Shown: positions 50,196-64,000 of the stretch, in pieces
Layout: each line of letters starts with the position of its first letter
Numbering within the stretch: the first letter of the stretch is position 1
Source of the DNA: Octopus sinensis
Lineage: Eukaryota
Assembly: GCF_006345805.1 (NCBI RefSeq)
Contig: NC_043023.1
Location: 7,998,001-8,062,000 of the forward strand
Reading direction: 5' to 3'
DNA length: 64,000 nt
Notes under the pieces: generated by a model
The model's input: the letters and a program-made list of their open reading frames with translations, nothing else
The model's database searches: none
Told to the model about the DNA's origin: nothing
Translations under genes and position numbers: made by a program

Positions 50196-53100
50196 CTGTG
50201 GTAAATCATTCTCTCAAAGCAGTACCTTGACTTTACACAAATGTACACATACGGGAGAGAAGCCATATCATTGTGATATCTGTGTTAAATCATTCTCTCA
50301 AAGCACTAACTTGACTGATCACATACGTACACATACTGGTGAGAAACCTTATCATTGTGATATCTGTGGTAAATCATTCTCTCAAAGCACTAACTTGACT
50401 GATCACATACGTACACATACTGGTGAGAAACCTTATCATTGTGATATCTGTGTTAAATCATTCTCTCAAAGCACTAACTTGACTGATCACATACGTACAC
50501 ATACTGGTGAGAAACCTTATCATTGTGATATCTGTGTTAAATCATTCTCTCAAAGGACTAACTTGACTGATCACATACGTACACATACTGGTGAGAAACC
50601 TTATCATTGTGATATCTGTGGTAAATCATTCTCTCAAAGCACTAACTTGACTGATCACATACGTACACATACTGGTGAGAAACCTTATCATTGTGATATC
50701 TGTGGTAAATCATTCTCTCAAAGCACTAACTTGACTGATCACATACGTACACATACTGGTGAGAAACCTTATCATTGTGATATCTGTGGTAAATCATTCT
50801 CTCAAAGCACTAACTTGACTGATCACATACGTACACATACTGGTGAGAAACCTTATCATTGTGATATCTGTGGTAAATCATTCTCTCAAAGCACTAACTT
50901 GACTGATCACATACGTACACATACTGGTGAGAAACCTTATCATTGTGATATCTGTGGTAAATCATTCTCTCAAAGCACTAACTTGACTGATCACATACGT
51001 ACACATACTGGTGAGAAACCTTATCATTGTGATATCTGTGGTAAATCATTCTCTCAAAGCACTAACTTGACTGATCACATACGTACACGTACTGGTGAGA
51101 AACCTTATCATTGTGATATCTGTGTTAAATCATTCTCTCAAAGCACTAACTTGACTGATCACATACGTACACATACTGGTGAGAAACCTTATCATTGTGA
51201 TATCTGTGTTAAATCATTCTCTCAAAGCACTAACTTGACTGATCACATACGTACACATACTGGTGAGAAACCTTATCATTGTGATATCTGTGTTAAATCA
51301 TTCTCTCAAAGGACTAACTTGACTGATCACATACGTACACATACTGGTGAGAAACCTTATCATTGTGATATCTGTGGTAAATCATTCTCTCAAAGCACTA
51401 ACTTGACTGATCACATACGTACACATACTGGTGAGAAACCTTATCATTGTGATATCTGTGGTAAATCATTCTCTCAAAGCACTAACTTGACTGATCACAT
51501 ACGTACACATACGGGAGAGAAGCCATATCATTGTGATATCTGTGTTAAATCATTCTCTCAAAGCACTAACTTGACTGATCACATACGTACACATACTGGT
51601 GAGAAACCTTATCATTGTGATATCTGTGTTAAATCATTCTCTCAAAGCACTAACTTGACTGATCACATACGTACACGTACTGGTGAGAAACCTTATCATT
51701 GTGATATCTGTGGTAAATCATTCTCTCAAAGCACTAACTTGACTGATCACATACGTACACATACTGGTGAGAAACCTTATCATTGTGATATCTGTGTTAA
51801 ATCATTCTCTCGTAATAGTGACTTGGTTAAACACAAACGTACACATACTGGAGAGAAACCATATCGTTGTGATATCTGTGGTAAATCATTCTCTCATAAT
51901 AGTGCCTTACAAAGACACAAACGTATTCATACAGGAGAGAAACCTCATCAGTGTGAAATCTGTGGTAAATCATTCTCTCGTAATAGTCATTTGGTTACTC
52001 ACAATCGCAGTCATACTGGTGAGAAACCTTATCATTGTGATATCTGTGGTAAATCATTCTCTCAAAGCACTAACTTGACTGACCACATACGTACACATAC
52101 TGGTGAGAAACCTTATCATTGTGATATCTGTGTTAAATCATTCTCTCAAAGCACTAACTTGACTGATCACATACGTACACATACTGGTGAGAAACCTTAT
52201 CATTGTGATATCTGTGGTAAATCATTCTCTCAAAGCACTAACTTGACTGACCACATACGTACACATACTGGTGAGAAACCTTATCATTGTGATATCTGTG
52301 TTAAATCATTCTCTCAAAGCACTAACTTGACTGATCACATACGTACACATACTGGTGAGAAACCTTATCATTGTGATATCTGTGGTAAATCATTCTCTCA
52401 AAGCACTAACTTGACTGATCACATACGTACACATACTGGTGAGAAACCTTATCATTGTGATATCTGTGTTAAATCATTCTCTCAAAGCACTAACTTGACT
52501 GATCACATACGTACACATACTGGTGAGAAACCTTATCATTGTGATATCTGTGGTAAATCATTCTCTCAAAGCACTAACTTGACTGACCACATACGTACAC
52601 ATACTGGTGAGAAACCTTATCATTGTGATATCTGTGTTAAATCATTCTCTCAAAGGACTAACTTGACTGATCACATACGTACACATACTGGTGAGAAACC
52701 TTATCATTGTGATATCTGTGGTAAATCATTCTCTCAAAGCACTAACTTGACTGATCACATACGTACACATACTGGTGAGAAACCTTATCATTGTGATATC
52801 TGTGGTAAATCATTCTCTCAAAGCACTAACTTGACTGATCACTTACGTACACATACGGGAGAGAAGCCATATCATTGTGATATCTGTGTTAAATCATTCT
52901 CTCAAAGCACTAACTTGACTGATCACATACGTACACATACTGGTGAGAAACCTTATCATTGTGATATCTGTGTTAAATCATTCTCTCAAAGCACTAACTT
53001 GACTGATCACATACGTACACATACTGGTGAGAAACCTTATCATTGTGATATCTGTGGTAAATCATTCTCTCAAAGCACTAACTTGACTGATCACATACGT

Positions 53101-55101
53101 ACACATACTGGTGAGAAACCTTATCATTGTGATATCTGTGTTAAATCATTCTCTCGTAATAGTGACTTGGTTAAACACAAACGTACACATACTGGAGAGA
53201 AACCATATCGTTGTGATATCTGTGGTAAATCATTCTCTCATAATAGTGCCTTACAAAGCCACAAACGTATTCATACAGGAGAGAAACCTTATCAGTGTGA
53301 AATCTGTGGTAAATCATTCTCTCTTAATAGTCATTTGGTTACTCACAATCGCATTCATACTGGTGAGAAACCTTATCATTGTGATATCTGTGGTAAATCA
53401 TTCTCTCAAAGCACTAACTTGACTGACCACATACGTACACATACGGGAGAGAAACCTTATCACTGTGATATCTGTGGTAAATCATTCTCTCAAAGCACTC
53501 CCTTGAATGATCACATACGTACACATACAGGAGAGAAACCATATCACTGTGATATCTGTGGTAAATCATTCTCTCAAAGCACTAACTTGACTGACCACAT
53601 ACGTACACATACTGGTGAGAAACCTTATCATTGTGATATCTGTGTTAAATCATTCTCTCAAAGCACTAACTTGACTGATCACATACGTACACATACTGGT
53701 GAGAAACCTTATCATTGTGATATCTGTGGTAAATCATTCTCTCAAAGCACTAACTTGACTGATCACATACGTACACATACTGGTGAGAAACCTTATCATT
53801 GTGATATCTGTGTTAAATCATTCTCTCAAAGCACTAACTTGACTGATCACATACGTACACATACTGGTGAGAAACCTTATCATTGTGATATCTGTGGTAA
53901 ATCATTCTCTCAAAGCACTAACTTGACTGACCACATACGTACACATACTGGTGAGAAACCTTATCATTGTGATATCTGTGTTAAATCATTCTCTCAAAGC
54001 ACTAACTTGACTGATCACATACGTACACATACTGGTGAGAAACCTTATCATTGTGATATCTGTGGTAAATCATTCTCTCAAAGCACTAACTTGACTGACC
54101 ACATACGTACACATACTGGTGAGAAACCTTATCATTGTGATATCTGTGTTAAATCATTCTCTCAAAGCACTAACTTGACTGATCACATACGTACACATAC
54201 TGGTGAGAAACCTTATCATTGTGATATCTGTGGTAAATCATTCTCTCAAAGCACTAACTTGACTGATCACATACGTACACATACTGGTGAGAAACCTTAT
54301 CATTGTGATATCTGTGTTAAATCATTCTCTCAAAGCACTAACTTGACTGATCACATACGTACACATACTGGTGAGAAACCTTATCATTGTGATATCTGTG
54401 GTAAATCATTCTCTCAAAGCACTAACTTGACTGATCACATACGTACACATACTGGTGAGAAACCTTATCATTGTGATATCTGTGTTAAATCATTCTCTCA
54501 AAGCACTAACTTGACTGATCACATACGTACACATACTGGTGAGAAACCTTATCATTGTGATATCTGTGGTAAATCATTCTCTCAAAGCACTAACTTGACT
54601 GATCACATACGTACACATACTGGTGAGAAACCTTATCATTGTGATATCTGTGGTAAATCATTCTCTCAAAGCACTAACTTGACTGACCACATACGTACAC
54701 ATACTGGTGAGAAACCTTATCATTGTGATATCTGTGTTAAATCATTCTCTCAAAGCACTAACTTGACTGATCACATACGTACACATACTGGTGAGAAACC
54801 TTATCATTGTGATATCTGTGGTAAATCATTCTCTCAAAGCACTAACTTGACTGACCACATACGTACACATACTGGTGAGAAACCTTATCATTGTGATATC
54901 TGTGTTAAATCATTCTCTCAAAGCACTAACTTGACTGATCACATACGTACACATACTGGTGAGAAACCTTATCATTGTGATATCTGTGGTAAATCATTCT
55001 CTCAAAGCACTAACTTGACTGACCACATACGTACACATACTGGTGAGAAACCTTATCACTGTGATATCTGTGTTAAATCATTCTCTCAAAGCACTAACTA
55101 G

Positions 55102-58100
55102 ACTGATCACATACGTACACATACTGGTGAGAAACCTTATCATTGTGATATCTGTGTTAAATCATTCTCTCAAAGCACTAACTTGACTGATCACATACGT
55201 ACACATACTGGTGAGAAACCTTATCATTGTGATATCTGTGTTAAATCATTCTCTCAAAGCACTAACTTGACTGATCACATACGTACACATACTGGTGAGA
55301 AACCTTATCATTGTGATATCTGTGTTAAATCATTCTCTCAAAGCACTAACTTGACTGATCACATACGTACACATACTGGTGAGAAACCTTATCATTGTGA
55401 TATCTGTGTTAAATCATTCTCTCAAAGCACTAACTTGACTGATCACATACGTACACATACTGGTGAGAAACCTTATCATTGTGATATCTGTGTTAAATCA
55501 TTCTCTCAAAGCACTAACTTGACTGATCACATACGTACACATACTGGTGAGAAACCTTATCATTGTGATATCTGTGTTAAATCATTCTCTCAAAGCACTA
55601 ACTTGACTGATCACATACGTACACATACTGGTGAGAAACCTTATCATTGTGATATCTGTGTTAAATCATTCTCTCAAAGCACTAACTTGACTGATCACAT
55701 ACGTACACATACTGGTGAGAAACCTTATCATTGTGATATCTGTGTTAAATCATTCTCTCAAAGCACTAACTTGACTGATCACATACGTACACATACTGGT
55801 GAGAAACCTTATCATTGTGATATCTGTGTTAAATCATTCTCTCAAAGCACTAACTTGACTGATCACATACGTACACATACTGGTGAGAAACCTTATCATT
55901 GTGATATCTGTGTTAAATCATTCTCTCAAAGCACTAACTTGACTGATCACATACGTACACATACTGGTGAGAAACCTTATCATTGTGATATCTGTGTTAA
56001 ATCATTCTCTCAAAGCACTAACTTGACTGATCACATACGTACACATACTGGTGAGAAACCTTATCATTGTGATATCTGTGTTAAATCATTCTCTCAAAGC
56101 ACTAACTTGACTGACCACATACGTACACATACTGGTGAGAAACCTTATCATTGTGATATCTGTGTTAAATCATTCTCTCAAAGCACTAACTTGACTGATC
56201 ACATACGTACACATACTGGTGAGAAACCTTATCATTGTGATATCTGTGTTAAATCATTCTCTCAAAGCACTAACTTGACTGATCACATACGTACACATAC
56301 TGGTGAGAAACCTTATCATTGTGATATCTGTGTTAAATCATTCTCTCAAAGCACTAACTTGACTGATCACATACGTACACATACTGGTGAGAAACCTTAT
56401 CATTGTGATATCTGTGTTAAATCATTCTCTCAAAGCACTAACTTGACTGACCACATACGTACACATACTGGTGAGAAACCTTATCATTGTGATATCTGTG
56501 TTAAATCATTCTCTCAAAGCACTAACTTGACTGATCACATACGTACACATACTGGTGAGAAACCTTATCATTGTGATATCTGTGTTAAATCATTCTCTCA
56601 AAGCACTAACTTGACTGATCACATACGTACACATACTGGTGAGAAACCTTATCATTGTGATATCTGTGGTAAATCATTCTCTCAAAGCACTAACTTGACT
56701 GATCACATACGTACACATACTGGTGAGAAACCTTATCATTGTGATATCTGTGTTAAATCATTCTCTCAAAGCACTAACTTGACTGATCACATACGTACAC
56801 ATACTGGTGAGAAACCTTATCATTGTGATATCTGTGTTAAATCATTCTCTCAAAGCACTAACTTGACTGATCACATACGTACACATACTGGTGAGAAACC
56901 TTATCATTGTGATATCTGTGTTAAATCATTCTCTCAAAGCACTAACTTGACTGATCACATACGTACACATACTGGTGAGAAACCTTATCATTGTGATATC
57001 TGTGTTAAATCATTCTCTCAAAGCACTAACTTGACTGACCACATACGTACACATACTGGTGAGAAACCTTATCATTGTGATATCTGTGTTAAATCATTCT
57101 CTCAAAGCACTAACTTGACTGATCACATACGTACACATACTGGTGAGAAACCTTATCATTGTGATATCTGTGTTAAATCATTCTCTCAAAGCACTAACTT
57201 GACTGATCACATACGTACACATACTGGTGAGAAACCTTATCATTGTGATATCTGTGGTAAATCATTCTCTCAAAGCACTAACTTGACTGATCACATACGT
57301 ACACATACTGGTGAGAAACCTTATCATTGTGATATCTGTGTTAAATCATTCTCTCAAAGCACTAACTTGACTGATCACATACGTACACATACTGGTGAGA
57401 AACCTTATCATTGTGATATCTGTGTTAAATCATTCTCTCAAAGCACTAACTTGACTGATCACATACGTACACATACTGGTGAGAAACCTTATCATTGTGA
57501 TATCTGTGGTAAATCATTCTCTCAAAGCACTAACTTGACTGACCACATACGTACACATACTGGTGAGAAACCTTATCATTGTGATATCTGTGTTAAATCA
57601 TTCTCTCAAAGCACTAACTTGACTGATCACATACGTACACGTACTGGTGAGAAACCTTATCATTGTGATATCTGTGGTAAATCATTCTCTCAAAGCACTA
57701 ACTTGACTGACCACATACGTACACATACTGGTGAGAAACCTTATCATTGTGATATCTGTGTTAAATCATTCTCTCAAAGCACTAACTTGACTGACCACAT
57801 ACGTACACATACTGGTGAGAAACCTTATCATTGTGATATCTGTGTTAAATCATTCTCTCAAAGCACTAACTTGACTGACCACATACGTACACATACTGGT
57901 GAGAAACCTTATCATTGTGATATCTGTGTTAAATCATTCTCTCAAAGCACTAACTTGACTGATCACATACGTACACATACTGGTGAGAAACCTTATCATT
58001 GTGATATCTGTGGTAAATCATTCTCTCAAAGCACTAACTTGACTGATCACATACGTACACATACTGGTGAGAAACCTTATCATTGTGATATCTGTGTTAA

Positions 58101-60386
58101 ATCATTCTCTCAAAGCACTAACTTGACTGATCACATACGTACACATACTGGTGAGAAACCTTATCATTGTGATATCTGTGTTAAATCATTCTCTCAAAGC
58201 ACTAACTTGACTGATCACATACGTACACATACTGGTGAGAAACCTTATCACTGTGATATCTGTGTTAAATCATTCTCTCAAAGCACTAACTTGACTGATC
58301 ACATACGTACACATACTGGTGAGAAACCTTATCATTGTGATATCTGTGTTAAATCATTCTCTCAAAGCACTAACTTGACTGATCACATACGTACACATAC
58401 TGGTGAGAAACCTTATCATTGTGATATCTGTGTTAAATCATTCTCTCAAAGCACTAACTTGACTGATCACATACGTACACATACTGGTGAGAAACCTTAT
58501 CATTGTGATATCTGTGTTAAATCATTCTCTCAAAGCACTAACTTGACTGACCACATACGTACACATACTGGTGAGAAACCTTATCATTGTGATATCTGTG
58601 GTAAATCATTCTCTTGTAAAAGTCATTTGGTTGATCACATACGTACACATACTGGTGAGAAACCTTATCACTGTGATATCTGTGTTAAATCATTCTCTCA
58701 AAGCACTAACTTGACTGATCACATACGTACACATACTGGTGAGAAACCTTATCACTGTTATATCTGTGTTAAATCATTCTCTCAAAGCACTAACTTGACT
58801 GATCACATACGTACACATACTGGTGAGAAACCTTATCATTGTGATATCTGTGTTAAATCATTCTCTCAAAGCACTAACTTGACTGACCACATACGTACAC
58901 ATACTGGTGAGAAACCTTATCATTGTGATATCTGTGTTAAATCATTCTCTCAAAGCACTAACTTGACTGATCACATACGTACACATACTGGTGAGAAACC
59001 TTATCATTGTGATATCTGTGTTAAATCATTCTCTCAAAGCACTAACTTGACTGACCACATACGTACACATACTGGTGAGAAACCTTATCATTGTGATATC
59101 TGTGGTAAATCATTCTCTAAAAGTCATTTGGTTGATCACATACGTACACATACTGGTGAGAAACCTTATCACTGTGATATCTGTGTTAAATCATTCTCTC
59201 AAAGCACTAACTTGACTGATCACATACGTACACATACTGGTGAGAAACCTTATCACTGTGATATCTGTGTTAAATCATTCTCTCAAAGAACTAACTTGAC
59301 TGATCACATACGTACACATACTGGTGAGAAAACTTATCACTGTGATATCTGTGTTAAATCATTCTCTCAAAGCACTAACTTGACTGATCACATACGTACA
59401 CATACTGGTGAGAAACCTTATCATTGTGATATCTGTGTTAAATCATTCTCTCAAAGCACTAACTTGACTGATCACATACGTACACATACTGGTGAGAAAC
59501 CTTATCATTGTGATATCTGTGTTAAATCATTCTCTCAAAGCACTAACTTGACTGATCACATACGTACACATACTGGTGAGAAACCTTATCATTGTGATAT
59601 CTGTGTTAAATCATTCTCTCAAAGCACTAACTTGACTGATCACATACGTACACATACTGGTGAGAAACCTTATCATTGTGATATCTGTGGTAAATCATTC
59701 TCTCAAAGCACTAACTTGACTGATCACATACGTACACATACTGGTGAGAAACCTTATCATTGTGATATCTGTGGTAAATCATTCTCTCAAAGCACTAACT
59801 TGACTGATCACATACGTACACATACTGGTGAGAAACCTTATCATTGTGATATCTGTGGTAAATCATTCTCTCAAAGCACTAACTTGACTGATCACATACG
59901 TACACATACTGGTGAGAAACCTTATCATTGTGATATCTGTGTTAAATCATTCTCTCAAAGCACTAACTTGACTGATCACATACGTACACATACTGGTGAG
60001 AAACCTTATCATTGTGATATCTGTGTTAAATCATTCTCTCAAAGCACTAACTTGACTGATCACATACGTACACATACTGGTGAGAAACCTTATCATTGTG
60101 ATATCTGTGTTAAATCATTCTCTCAAAGGACTAACTTGACTGATCACATACGTACACATACTGGTGAGAAACCTTATCATTGTGATATCTGTGGTAAATC
60201 ATTCTCTCAAAGCACTAACTTGACTGATCACATACGTACACATACTGGTGAGAAACCTTATCATTGTGATATCTGTGGTAAATCATTCTCTCAAAGCACT
60301 AACTTGACTGATCACATACGTACACATACGGGAGAGAACCATATCATTGTGATATCTGTGTTAAATCATTCTCTCAAAGCACTAAC

Positions 60387-60390
<4 letters not shown>
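55102..60390 (+). CDS. Giant C2H2 ZNF array, segment 2 (~62 fingers), in frame with segment 1
   Basis: 55183-55102 = 81 nt, so the frame is unchanged across the TAG. It stays open until a 1-nt deletion near 60338. Confidence 0.65.

Positions 60391-64000
<3,610 letters not shown>

Overview
AT-rich, repeat-dense eukaryotic DNA holding a tandem cluster of + strand C2H2 zinc-finger (ZNF) genes whose fingers are each encoded in one exon. The ZNF style, SINE and MITE families and microsatellite load suggest an octopus or other coleoid cephalopod; this is inferred, not checked by search. Six ordinary ZNF ORFs (6-17 fingers) lie between 4.6 and 39.4 kb. They were built by cassette duplication, including a ~17 kb segmental duplication, and share splice signals, a leader peptide derived from a frameshifted finger, and a poly(A) region. 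From ~49.2 kb to beyond the window end lies a very large ZNF array of about 170 fingers. About 150 of these are near-identical 84-bp units with the same recognition helix (QSTNLTD), arranged as higher-order repeats and broken by one in-frame TAG and a few 1-2 nt indels that may be sequencing errors. Intergenic DNA contains tRNA-derived SINEs, RTE LINE relics, Gypsy integrase relics, several MITE families, Helitron-like elements, foldback palindromes and microsatellites. All counts and coordinates were made by eye and are approximate where marked.
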